From: an uncultured delta proteobacterium
Lineage (GTDB): Bacteria > Myxococcota_A > Polyangia > Polyangiales > Houyiibacteriaceae
Length of the DNA: 64,000 nt
Reading direction: 5' to 3'
Assembly: GCA_963699755.1 (NCBI GenBank)
Contig: CAVOVB010000001.1
Coordinates: 1,792,001 to 1,856,000, forward strand
The notes under the pieces are model-generated. The model made no database searches, was not told the DNA's origin, and worked only from the letters and a program-made list of their open reading frames with translations. Below are positions 28,643 to 37,589 of the stretch, piece after piece. Both the position numbers and the translations under genes were made by a program. The stretch's first letter is position 1. Every line of letters begins with the position of its first letter.

Positions 28643-29692
28643 CTACTGGCTTTGCCAGGCGACCATGCCGCCCCGCATCGAGGCGATGCGCTTGAATCCA
28701 AGCTTCTCGAGCTCGAGCGCGACCCGCCCCGAACGCCGACCGGAACGGCAGATGGTGATGACGGGGATTTCCTTGTCCCAGGCCTTCGAGGCTTCGTCGA
28801 CGGTGCCCATCGGGACGACGTCGACGCCTTCGATTTTGCCGTCGGACTCGGCCTCGTCGATTTCCCGAACGTCGACCATCCGGACCGCGCCTTTGTTTTT
28901 CGCAACCCAGGCGATGGAGACCTCGGGAATCCCTTGGGGGCTGCGCTCGATCGCAGCCCAGCCTCGCTCGGGAAGCGGGTCGCCGGACATCGAGCTCGGC
29001 GGAACGATGCCGCAGTGCAGATTCGCTGGTACCGCGATGTCGAGCTTCTTCGGCGTTGGCAAGTTGAGATGGTCCATGATCTCGGCGAACTCGACTTCGG
29101 TGCGGCCGTCTCCGACGCGCGGATTCAATCGTTTTTCCTCGCCCACTGTGGTGAAGGTCATTCCTCGGTAGTCGTGACCCGGCCAGATGATCGTGTCGTC
29201 GGGGAGCGTGAAGATCTTGTCGTGGATCGAACGGAAGAGCCGTTTTGCACTGCCCTGCTGGAAGTCCGTTCGACCGGTGCCACGAATGAAAAGCGCATCT
29301 CCAGTAAACGCATGCTTGTGGTCCGCGGTCACGAACGTGACGCAACCGTCGGTGTGCCCGGGCGTCGATCGCACCTCGAGCTCGACCGAGCCGAACTTGA
29401 GCCGGCTTCCATCGTCGACCAGCAAGTCTGCACCTTCCGCGCCAGCATGGGCGCCGATGACAGCCTTGCTGCCCAAGCGCTTGCGAAGAAGCCCGGAGCC
29501 CGTGATGTGATCGGCGTGCGCGTGCGTGTCCAAGGTGAACATCAGCTTCAAACCGAGCTCGTCGAGGAGCTTGATGTCGCGCTCCAGCTGATCGATGACC
29601 GGGTCGATCAACACGGCCTGGCCCGACTCCTCGTCGGCGATGAGGTAGGTGTAGGTCCAAGTCTCTCGATCGAAGAGTTGCCGAAGTAGCAT
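28643..29692 (-). CDS. Persulfide dioxygenase (ETHE1-like) fused to a rhodanese
   Basis: RQLFD..TYTY, THAHADHITG, GRTDFQQG, GHDY and ANLHCG, then a rhodanese domain with the CRSGRR active loop. Confidence 0.93.
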   Translation of the reverse strand: MLLRQLFDRETWTYTYLIADEESGQAVLIDPVIDQLERDIKLLDELGLKLMFTLDTHAHADHITGSGLLRKRLGSKAVIGAHAGAEGADLLVDDGSRLKFGSVELEVRSTPGHTDGCVTFVTADHKHAFTGDALFIRGTGRTDFQQGSAKRLFRSIHDKIFTLPDDTIIWPGHDYRGMTFTTVGEEKRLNPRVGDGRTEVEFAEIMDHLNLPTPKKLDIAVPANLHCGIVPPSSMSGDPLPERGWAAIERSPQGIPEVSIAWVAKNKGAVRMVDVREIDEAESDGKIEGVDVVPMGTVDEASKAWDKEIPVITICRSGRRSGRVALELEKLGFKRIASMRGGMVAWQSQ

Positions 29693-29802
29693 GGGTCGCC
29701 TCCTGATGCGGTTCCGGATCGCTGCGCTAGCCGGAGCTAAGTCACTGAATTAACAGGACTCGAGCCGAGCTGCAAACCCAAGCCACACAAAGCGCTGGCG
29801 GT

Positions 29803-29819
29803 TTGGCACCGGTGCTGCT
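29803..29819 (+). promoter_or_regulatory. Putative sigma-54 promoter for the yeeE-yeeE-sulP genes
   Basis: TTGGCACCGGTGCTGCT has GG-N10-GC spacing and matches TGGCAC-N5-(T/C)TGC. Confidence 0.55.
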
Positions 29820-29832
29820 TTGAATGAGCACC

Positions 29833-30264
29833 ATGGACTCCTTTACACCCATCGCCTCCACGATTGGGGGCTTGATGATAGGCACCGCAGCTGCCGGTCT
29901 GCTGCTGTTCCACGGCCGGATCGCCGGGATTAGCGGCATTGCAGGCGGTATTTTCCGTCGAGAAGCAGGCGACATCTCCTGGCGCGTCATGTTCCTCATC
30001 GGGCTGTTTGCCGCGGGCGCGGGTTGGAGCCTTTTCTACCCGCAGGACTACGTCGTCGAAATCAGTCGCTCGACGCCCGCGCTGATCGTCGCCGGCCTCA
30101 CGGTAGGCGTCGGTACACAGCTCGGAAGTGGTTGCACCAGTGGTCATGGCGTTTGCGGAATCGGGCGTCTGTCCAAGCGATCGACCGTAGCCACCATCTC
30201 GTTCATGATCACCGCGGCGCTCACCGTCTTCGTCGTGAACGAAATGCTGGGAGGCTCGATATGA
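29833..30264 (+). CDS. YeeE/YedE-family sulfur transporter half-protein
   Basis: GRIAGISG and GSGCTSGHGVCG motifs. Alternative start at 29824. Confidence 0.92.
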   Translation: MDSFTPIASTIGGLMIGTAAAGLLLFHGRIAGISGIAGGIFRREAGDISWRVMFLIGLFAAGAGWSLFYPQDYVVEISRSTPALIVAGLTVGVGTQLGSGCTSGHGVCGIGRLSKRSTVATISFMITAALTVFVVNEMLGGSI

Positions 30265-30734
30265 AGGTCAAGATCGGCGCGTTCCTCGGTGGCGCTTTGT
30301 TTGGCGTTGGCCTCGCCATCGCGGGGATGACCCAACCCGCTAAGATCATCGGCTTTTTCGACTTCTTCGGATCCTGGGATCCCAGCCTGGCCTTCGTGAT
30401 GGTGGGCGCCATCCTGGTGTACACGCCGGTTTATCGATGGGCGATTCGAACCTGGCAAAGGCCAGTTTGGGCGCCGGCGTTCTCCCTCCCGACGCGCAGC
30501 GACATCGACGGACGACTGATTTTCGGTTCCGCGGTTTTCGGTGTGGGTTGGGGGCTCGGAGGCTACTGCCCCGGTCCCGCGTTCACTTCGGTCGGGGCCA
30601 GGTCGCAGGAGGCGTTGACCTTTGGTCTTGCGATGCTGATCGGCGTGGGCGCGTATCAGCTCTTCATGCGAATGCGTGAGAAGCGCAGCGGAGATGCGGT
30701 CGACCCGCAAGCCGCTGCCATGATCGACGGATGA
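30261..30734 (+). CDS. YeeE/YedE-family sulfur transporter second half-protein
   Basis: Start MKVKIG at an ATGA overlap. GMTQPAKI, WDPSLAFVM, GWGLGGYCPGP. Confidence 0.92.
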   Translation: MKVKIGAFLGGALFGVGLAIAGMTQPAKIIGFFDFFGSWDPSLAFVMVGAILVYTPVYRWAIRTWQRPVWAPAFSLPTRSDIDGRLIFGSAVFGVGWGLGGYCPGPAFTSVGARSQEALTFGLAMLIGVGAYQLFMRMREKRSGDAVDPQAAAMIDG

Positions 30735-32578
30735 GCCAAGCCGATCACGCAACTTCGACGCCACGCGGCGCCGGGGTTCCTGCACTGCCGATCATTGGCT
30801 GGCTTCGAACCTACCAGCGTCAGGACTTTGGGCCCGACTTCGTCGCGGGTTTCACGACGGCAGTCATGTTGATTCCCCAGGCGATGGGCTACGCGCTCCT
30901 CGCCGGCCTCCCACCGATTCACGGGCTCTATGCTTCTGTCGCGCCGCTCTTGCTTTACGCCATGCTCGGGACCTCGCGACAACTCGCGGTGGGTCCCGTC
31001 GCCATGGACTCGATTCTGGTCGCTGGGAGCGTCGGAACCATCGCCACGATTGGCACCGAGAACTACATCCTGGTGGCCGCTGCCCTCGGCGTGATGGTCG
31101 GTGTCGTTCAGGCTGGGCTCGGTTTTCTGCGCGCCGGGTTCCTGGTGAATTTCCTCTCCCGGCCGGTCGTTGCGGGCTTCACTGCCGCCGCGGCGCTCAT
31201 CATTGCCGCCAGCCAGCTGGGTCACCTGCTCGGCGTGGAGATTCCCCGCACCCACCACGTTCACTTGGTCATCTGGGAAGCGGTCCGAAGTCCGTCGACT
31301 TGGTCCTGGCCCACGCTTGCCATCGGTGTGTCGTCGATCGCCGCGCTCGTTCTCTTCAAGCGGCGTTGGCCGCGTCTTCCCGGAGCGCTCTTCGTCGTCG
31401 TCGCCGCGACCCTCGTTGTTTGGGCTTTCAATCTTTCTGGCCGTGGGGTTTCAATTGTCGGTGAGGTGCCCGCGGGCTTGCCCGGCTTCCGACTGCCCTC
31501 GGTCGATCGCTCCGTTCTGGTGCAGCTCGTTCCTGCAGCCGCGACGATCGCCCTCGTTTCCTTCATGGAAGCGATTTCGGTCGGCCGGACATTCGCTCAA
31601 GCCCACCGCTACGACATCTATCCCAATAGCGAGCTCATCGCCCTCGGCTTCGCCAACATGGCCGGTGGCGTGACGGGGGGTTACCCGATCGCAGGAGGCT
31701 TCTCGCGCACGGCCGTCAACGTTCGTGCAGGTGCACGAACACAGCTGGCCGCCCTCATCACCTGCGCCGTGGTGGTCATCACGCTCTTGGTGCTGACGCG
31801 CGCGTTTTTCTATCTACCCAAGGCGGCTCTGAGCGCGATCATCGTGGCAGCCGTCACGGGCCTCATCGACATTCGCGGCGCCGCCGAGGTGTATCGAGTC
31901 AAGCGAGCGGATTTCTATCTGCTCGTTCTGACGTTTTTCGCGACGCTGTCCCTGGGAATCCAGTGGGGCATCCTGGTTGGCGTCGCCGCGTCGCTGCTTC
32001 TTTTCCTGGTACGCACGACGAGACCCTACTTCGCCGTGCTTGGGCGTGTGCCCGAATCGCAGACCTATCTCAACATGGCGCGCCACCCGCACGCCGAAAC
32101 GATTCCAGGCATCATCCTCGTCCGTGTCGACGCACAGTTCTATTTTGGCAATGTGAGCTTTCTCAAAGAAACGGTGCGCACCCTGGTCCGTGAATCCGAG
32201 ACGCCGGTCCGATACTTCGTCCTCGAAGCGGCGGGGGTGAACGATCTCGACTCGGCGGCAGCCGCAACGCTGGCCGAGCTCGATGAGGAGCTGGCGGCGC
32301 AAGGCATTCTCCTCGTTCTCACGCGAATCAAAGGCCCCGTCCGCGACGTTCTTCACCGCGCCGGGCTTCTCGAAAAGCTCGCCGCGGAAGGCCGAGTCTA
32401 CCTTTCTACGCACCGTGCGATCGAGGTCCTTCGCTCGGGCATGGCGCTCCCGGACCTCTCCGCAGAGGCCGATGACCCGCGGGAGCCTGCAGACCAAGTG
32501 GGCTGCGGCATGCTCAACCTGGAAGCGCCTGACCCTGGCAAGAACTTTTTCGAGACCGTAAAAAAGCGAAAGCAGTGA
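30731..32578 (+). CDS. SulP/SLC26 anion permease with STAS domain
   Basis: PQAMGYALLAGLPP, GTSRQLAVGP, GGFSRTAVN, C-terminal STAS domain. Confidence 0.95.
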   Translation: MSQADHATSTPRGAGVPALPIIGWLRTYQRQDFGPDFVAGFTTAVMLIPQAMGYALLAGLPPIHGLYASVAPLLLYAMLGTSRQLAVGPVAMDSILVAGSVGTIATIGTENYILVAAALGVMVGVVQAGLGFLRAGFLVNFLSRPVVAGFTAAAALIIAASQLGHLLGVEIPRTHHVHLVIWEAVRSPSTWSWPTLAIGVSSIAALVLFKRRWPRLPGALFVVVAATLVVWAFNLSGRGVSIVGEVPAGLPGFRLPSVDRSVLVQLVPAAATIALVSFMEAISVGRTFAQAHRYDIYPNSELIALGFANMAGGVTGGYPIAGGFSRTAVNVRAGARTQLAALITCAVVVITLLVLTRAFFYLPKAALSAIIVAAVTGLIDIRGAAEVYRVKRADFYLLVLTFFATLSLGIQWGILVGVAASLLLFLVRTTRPYFAVLGRVPESQTYLNMARHPHAETIPGIILVRVDAQFYFGNVSFLKETVRTLVRESETPVRYFVLEAAGVNDLDSAAAATLAELDEELAAQGILLVLTRIKGPVRDVLHRAGLLEKLAAEGRVYLSTHRAIEVLRSGMALPDLSAEADDPREPADQVGCGMLNLEAPDPGKNFFETVKKRKQ

Positions 32579-32616
32579 GGAAGGGTGCCGGGGTGGGGGA
32601 ACGGCTTGCGTTGTTT

Positions 32617-32762
32617 GGTTTAATTAAACCGCCCGCCCACCCCCGCCCGTAGTCCTCCCTGCCGCGGCAATCGCTTCGCTGTGCCTTGGCGGCGCGTTGC
32701 GCCGGGCTTCGCCCTGCGGGCTCGCGCTGCCGCGGGTGGTTGGGGGTGGTCGTGAAGGGCGG
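32617..32762. repeat. REP-like intergenic palindromic element
   Basis: Perfect palindrome GGTTTAATTAAACC, then nested arms CCGCCC/CCACCCC/CCGCGGCA ... TGCCGCGG/GGGGTGG/GGGCGG enclosing GCTTCGC hairpins. Confidence 0.55.
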
Positions 32763-32763
32763 G

Positions 32764-32823
32764 CAGTGTCAGTGTCGGTGTCAGTGTCAGTGTCAGCGCC
32801 AGCGTCATCGCCAGTGTCAGCGC
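32764..32823. repeat. Degenerate hexamer tandem repeat, CAGTGT/CAGCGC x10
   Basis: cagtgt cagtgt cggtgt cagtgt cagtgt cagcgc cagcgt catcgc cagtgt cagcgc. Confidence 0.85.
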
Positions 32824-32851
32824 CAGCCTTTCGGCCGGCCGGCGGAGAGGT

Positions 32852-34294
32852 GTGGGTCCGCAGGTGAGTGGCGTCGACGATTACCATGCGTGGCGGCGCA
32901 GGACGGAGGCCTTGGCTGAACGGGCCGATGTGGAGGCCTGGCGCGCGAAGCCCGAGTCTTCTGTTTACGACGCCAAGCTCTTGCGCCAGCACACCGAAGA
33001 GCTGACCCGCACGCGCGAGGCGGGCAAGGCGCTTCAGCTGGTGCCCTTGCTGCGAGAGGCTCTGTACCGGCATCTGGGTGAGTTGGCGGACCCCCGGCTC
33101 TATGCGCGAACACCGCTCGGCACCAAGCATCTGGTCGAGGGCTTCTACGAAGAAGCGCTCGCCTGCATCGCGTACTTGGCAGACCCCGATCAAACTGGGC
33201 TCTCCCCCGAGTTCACGCTCGCCGGCTTTCGAAGAGCAGCGCACATCTTCGGGCGTTCGGCACTCCTGCTCTCTGGGGGAGCCACGCTTGGCTTTTTCCA
33301 CCTAGGAGTCGTCAAGGCTTTGTTCGAGCAGGGCCTCTTGCCCAGCGTCCTTTCCGGCGCTTCGATGGGCGCCCTCATCGCGTGCGGCGCCGGGGTTCGA
33401 ACGGATGAGGAGCTCGAGGCGCTCTTCGCCGACCCACGGGTCATCCGGACCGATGCGCTCAAGCGCCTTCCGCCCAAGCGCGCCGCAAGCGAACGCGCCG
33501 TCTATGACCCGGCGCGTCTCGAAGCAGTGGTCGCAAACAACTGCGGCGACTTCACCTTTGAAGAGGCGCACGCGCGCACGGGCCGCACCGTCAGCATCAG
33601 CGTTTCACCGACTCGCGAGCGCCAGAAGCCAAGGGTGCTTTGCCACTTCACGACGCCCAAAGTTTTGATGAACAGTGCCGCGGTCGCTTCGGCGTCGATT
33701 CCCGGGGCCTTTCCAGGCGCGATGCTTTACCAACGAGACAGCTCGGGTGAACGTATCCCCTACATGTCGACGGAACGATGGATCGACGGCTCGCTCAAAG
33801 GCGATCTTCCGATGCGCCGGTTGAGTCGTCTTCACAACGTCAATCACTTCATCGTCAGCCAGGTCAACCCACACGTCGCGCCGGTTCGCGGCGTCACGGG
33901 AAAGCGCGGGATCGTCCCGGTCGTCTCCGGCGTGATCCTCTCGAGCGTTCTTGCGCAGGTAACCCACCAACTCGAGCTCGCCCGAGGCTTCACGAAGAGC
34001 ACGCCGCTCTACAGCACGTTCGACGTCGCCCACTCCTTGGCCAATCAGCCCTACAGCGGCGACATCGACATCCACCCGCGCCTTCGCCCCAGCGCCCTCC
34101 TCCGCGCCATGTCGAACATCTCCCACAAGGAGCTGCTGAAACACATCCTGGAAGGCGAGCGCGCCACCTGGCCGCTTCTCGCCCGCGTTCGCGATCAGAC
34201 CTGTGTATCGCGCGCCTTGGATGCAGCGATACGGCGGCTGTCGTCCGAACAGGCCGCCACGCGACGGCCTAGCTATCCACGGCCAAGTAGATGA
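32852..34294 (+). CDS. Patatin-family triacylglycerol lipase-like protein
   Basis: ALLLSGGATLG, GASMG, DGS, NHFIVSQVNPH. Start uncertain. Confidence 0.88.
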   Translation: MGPQVSGVDDYHAWRRRTEALAERADVEAWRAKPESSVYDAKLLRQHTEELTRTREAGKALQLVPLLREALYRHLGELADPRLYARTPLGTKHLVEGFYEEALACIAYLADPDQTGLSPEFTLAGFRRAAHIFGRSALLLSGGATLGFFHLGVVKALFEQGLLPSVLSGASMGALIACGAGVRTDEELEALFADPRVIRTDALKRLPPKRAASERAVYDPARLEAVVANNCGDFTFEEAHARTGRTVSISVSPTRERQKPRVLCHFTTPKVLMNSAAVASASIPGAFPGAMLYQRDSSGERIPYMSTERWIDGSLKGDLPMRRLSRLHNVNHFIVSQVNPHVAPVRGVTGKRGIVPVVSGVILSSVLAQVTHQLELARGFTKSTPLYSTFDVAHSLANQPYSGDIDIHPRLRPSALLRAMSNISHKELLKHILEGERATWPLLARVRDQTCVSRALDAAIRRLSSEQAATRRPSYPRPSR

Positions 34295-35138
34295 CGTCGT
34301 CTCCGACTTCGACGTCGAGGTTCGGCAGCACGGCGTAGCAGGCTCGGCTCGTACGAATTTCAGTGACGCGGTCGCGGCCGACGAGCGTGCCCGGCGCGAG
34401 TCGCTGGAAGCCCGTCCATTGGGCGCCGAAGTGAAACTCTACGCTCGGCTTGGTGATCGTTTCGACGACATGCACCGTGCGTACTTCGCTGCCGTTGGTC
34501 GGGTGTCCGTCGTCGATCGCGCCGGTCACTCGAAGGAAGTTCATCGCGATGCGCTGCGCGGTCTCCGAGATCCCTGGATCCCCGTGCGAGCCGCACTCGA
34601 CCGACATGGCGGGAATGCCCGCGAGCTTGAGGAAGCCAATGATCACCTTGTCGGCGAGGCCGTACCAGGACTGCACGAGGTATGCGATGCCGATCTGCTT
34701 CGCGAGCTCATCGATGTGCGCCTCGCCGTTGCTCACACCGAATGCGGGCGTTGCGGTCCCCGCTGAGTGAAGGTCCAAAAACACGTCGAGCTCGCCAAGC
34801 ACTTCCTTTAGCTCGAGCGCGCGATGGTGCTCGTAGCCCCAGGCTTCCTCGCGAAGGGTCTCGGTGAACTCGAAATCCCAGAGGCGGTTGAGGTCTTCGC
34901 CCTCTGGCGTGTGACGCCGCCCTTGAGAAGTCGCTTCAGGGTTTGCATGAACCAAAAAGATCGTGCCTTTGGCGGGCGAGAGCTCTCCGTTTTCGAACGC
35001 ACTTGCGATGTGACGAATTGCCTCGGCCCCGCAGGGTTCGTTCCCATGCATCGAGCCGCCCACGCCGATGTAGGGCTTCGGCCAATCCGGAGATGCCGAT
35101 ATTCGCAACACGCCCGGTTTCAACTCTTCGATGTACAC
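34269..35138 (-). CDS. M14 succinylglutamate desuccinylase/aspartoacylase-like zinc hydrolase
   Basis: HGNEPCG, DLNR, FLDLHS, VECGSH. Confidence 0.85.
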   Translation of the reverse strand: MYIEELKPGVLRISASPDWPKPYIGVGGSMHGNEPCGAEAIRHIASAFENGELSPAKGTIFLVHANPEATSQGRRHTPEGEDLNRLWDFEFTETLREEAWGYEHHRALELKEVLGELDVFLDLHSAGTATPAFGVSNGEAHIDELAKQIGIAYLVQSWYGLADKVIIGFLKLAGIPAMSVECGSHGDPGISETAQRIAMNFLRVTGAIDDGHPTNGSEVRTVHVVETITKPSVEFHFGAQWTGFQRLAPGTLVGRDRVTEIRTSRACYAVLPNLDVEVGDDVIYLAVDS

Positions 35139-36670
35139 AGCTCACTCTTCGTTTCGCGGTCCAGCACCTGTCTCGTCCGTTCGAACCAATGGTCCGCTTC
35201 GGCTGGGCTCTTGCCCACCGCAGTAATGCCGAGCTTTCCGAATTCGCTGAGCGTGCCCGTGAAGTGGAAGATCACGCCCGATTCGGAGTCGTTTTGATAG
35301 TGCAAACCGTTCGCGGTGGCAATGTCCAACAAGTCTTCGATGAGCAGGCCGCGGTAACTTTCCGAACGCAGCGAGTCGGTCGCGACGTAGAACTGCGGCT
35401 CGCCGCCTGGGGTCAGGTAAAGGCCCGCGTCCGGATCGTATCGGCCGTCCGTCAACATTCGAAGAAGCATCATGGGATGCGTCGTCCCGCCCAAACGCAA
35501 GTTGGTTTCGATCGCGTAGTGTTTCCAGGAGCCATCGTCGTCGCGCACGCAGATGAAGTCGACGGCCAACCGACCGACCGCGCCCTTCTGCTGGAGGATT
35601 TCGGCCACGCGAAGCGCATCCCGCTGGATGTCCATGCGATAGGCTTCGTCGGCAGGGAATCGACAGCCCGCATAGACCTGACCGTCCACCCCTTCGACGA
35701 GCTGGTCGTGCGTCGAAATCATGTCGAGACTGCCTTCGGGTGAGATCCGGAGCTGACAGCTCGGTGCGCGCTTCGCCCTGTCTTCGACGAAGGCCTCGAC
35801 GACACCGCCTTCCCGTTCGAGCTTCTCCCGAAAGCTCTCCCAGCTCAGTAGGGAATCGACGAAGCGCATCGTCGAGAGGGAATCGGCCAAGGCTTGCTTC
35901 CGCGCCTTGCCGCTCGCGCCGCTCCCCGGGGCGACGGAGCGCAGAGCGCCCAGGTCGAGGATTGCGTTGCCCTGGCCGCTGAAGCCGGTGTTTTGCTTCA
36001 CGACCACCCGCTCGAGCTCGACATCATCGCACCAGAGGCTGTCGATGGCTTCGACTAAATCCGCTTCGCTTTTCAGGTTCTCGACCCCTGGCAACATGCG
36101 AATGCCGGCTTCACGAAACGCCCAGCGCGACCCGGTCTTGGTGCCGAGCCAGGTCAAGTCGGGATCCACGCCGTAGAGCGGAACGCCGAGCGCGACCGCC
36201 ACGCTCCGCTCAAGGTCGGAAACCGTGAAGCAGGTCATGAGCCCGCAGTCGGGCCGAATCAAATTGCGGATCCGCTCGATGACCCGTGGTCGCTCCAGGA
36301 TCTTCTTCGATAGAGGCACGAACGAGCTGTCGTAGAGGGAGAGCACGGTGAGCCGTTGCCGCAGCTGCTCCGTTGGGATACCGCGGATCAACGAGAGCAT
36401 GTAATCGACAGCCGCCGGATGGATCGGCGCGGAGCTCACGTAGATCAGACGCGCCTGCGGATGTCGCAGCAAGTTCAGCGTGAACAGCATCCGCTCTTCG
36501 TAGTGAATCACGCCGTCGATCGCGACGGTGTCGATGCCATCGAACGACAAGGAAGGCACGACCACGATGTCTCTTGGCTCGGGTCCGTCGCCGTCGGCCA
36601 AAGCCCACCGTGGGGCCAGATGAGCCTGCAACTCGCGAAATGCCTTCATTTCGTCGCGGTCGCCACTCAT
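35120..36670 (-). CDS. ATP-grasp peptide ligase, PGM1-related
   Basis: VVVPSLS, HYEERML, GFSGQGNA, STHDQ, ETNLRLGGTTHP. Confidence 0.8.
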   Translation of the reverse strand: MSGDRDEMKAFRELQAHLAPRWALADGDGPEPRDIVVVPSLSFDGIDTVAIDGVIHYEERMLFTLNLLRHPQARLIYVSSAPIHPAAVDYMLSLIRGIPTEQLRQRLTVLSLYDSSFVPLSKKILERPRVIERIRNLIRPDCGLMTCFTVSDLERSVAVALGVPLYGVDPDLTWLGTKTGSRWAFREAGIRMLPGVENLKSEADLVEAIDSLWCDDVELERVVVKQNTGFSGQGNAILDLGALRSVAPGSGASGKARKQALADSLSTMRFVDSLLSWESFREKLEREGGVVEAFVEDRAKRAPSCQLRISPEGSLDMISTHDQLVEGVDGQVYAGCRFPADEAYRMDIQRDALRVAEILQQKGAVGRLAVDFICVRDDDGSWKHYAIETNLRLGGTTHPMMLLRMLTDGRYDPDAGLYLTPGGEPQFYVATDSLRSESYRGLLIEDLLDIATANGLHYQNDSESGVIFHFTGTLSEFGKLGITAVGKSPAEADHWFERTRQVLDRETKSELCTSKS

Positions 36671-36738
36671 TCCTTTTCTATAGCATGCAGATGCCGGATT
36701 TACTTGCAGCCAGAGCGCGGGAAGGGCACAAGATCCCC

Positions 36739-37008
36739 GTGGCCATCGTCATCGAGTTATTGATCCCACTTGCGGTCGTCGGCCTGATCGGCTGGGGCCT
36801 CTGGCTCTGGTACAAGCTTCGGCTTGCACGCGCGGAGGAGACCGAACGCATGCAGGAAGAGCTCAGCGAGCTCCGCGCGTACAAGCAGGACACCGAAGCC
36901 CGCCTCCAGGCGCTCGAAACGATCGCTACGCTCGGCGAAGGCCGAATCCGAGTGGACTACAAAGACGTCCCCGAGGATGACGACGAACAGCGCAAACGCA
37001 GGGGTTGA
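36739..37008 (+). CDS. Small single-TM coiled-coil protein
   Basis: One TM helix then the coiled coil EARLQALETIAT. Stop overlaps the region before the next gene. Confidence 0.55.
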   Translation: MAIVIELLIPLAVVGLIGWGLWLWYKLRLARAEETERMQEELSELRAYKQDTEARLQALETIATLGEGRIRVDYKDVPEDDDEQRKRRG

Positions 37009-37013
37009 TCGTC

Positions 37014-37589
37014 ATGGCGACAGCGAAGGAGGGACCGGAGCAGGAGGGGCTCTTCAGCTTCCTTTCGAGGCGCCGGTTCTTGAAGGTGAGTCTGGTGGCG
37101 GGTGGCGCCATCCTGGGCGTGGGTGGTGGTGGTCTTTTGGCCCTGAGGGGGCGGGCGCCCAAAGTCGAAGGGCTCCGGGTGCTCGATGCGCACGAATACC
37201 GAACGCTTCAAAGCTTGGTCGCCGTCATGCTCCCCAAGACCAACGGGATTCCAATCGACGCGGCGCCGATGGATCTTCCGCGAGCGTTCGACGGATTTCT
37301 TGCCGACGAACCCGAGCACAACGTCAAGGATCTGCAAAAAGCGCTGGTTCTCATCGAGCTCGGCCCCCTGGTGTTCGACAAGAAGCTCAATACGTTTTCG
37401 CGACTCGGCGTCGCGGAGCGTACCGAGCATTGGAACGGCTGGGCCACTAGCGACAGTTTGCTGCGACGTCAGGTAAGCATCGCCATGCGCAAGTTCTTCA
37501 ATCTCGTTTACTTCGACCATGAGCAGGTGTGGCCGTACATCGGCTACCCGGGGCCGTCGATGAAACGTACCAAGGAAGTCACGCCGTGA
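37014..37589 (+). CDS. Tat-exported gluconate-2-dehydrogenase subunit-3-like partner of a GMC oxidoreductase
   Basis: Tat motif SRRRFLK and C-terminal WPYIGYPGP. Confidence 0.78.
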   Translation: MATAKEGPEQEGLFSFLSRRRFLKVSLVAGGAILGVGGGGLLALRGRAPKVEGLRVLDAHEYRTLQSLVAVMLPKTNGIPIDAAPMDLPRAFDGFLADEPEHNVKDLQKALVLIELGPLVFDKKLNTFSRLGVAERTEHWNGWATSDSLLRRQVSIAMRKFFNLVYFDHEQVWPYIGYPGPSMKRTKEVTP

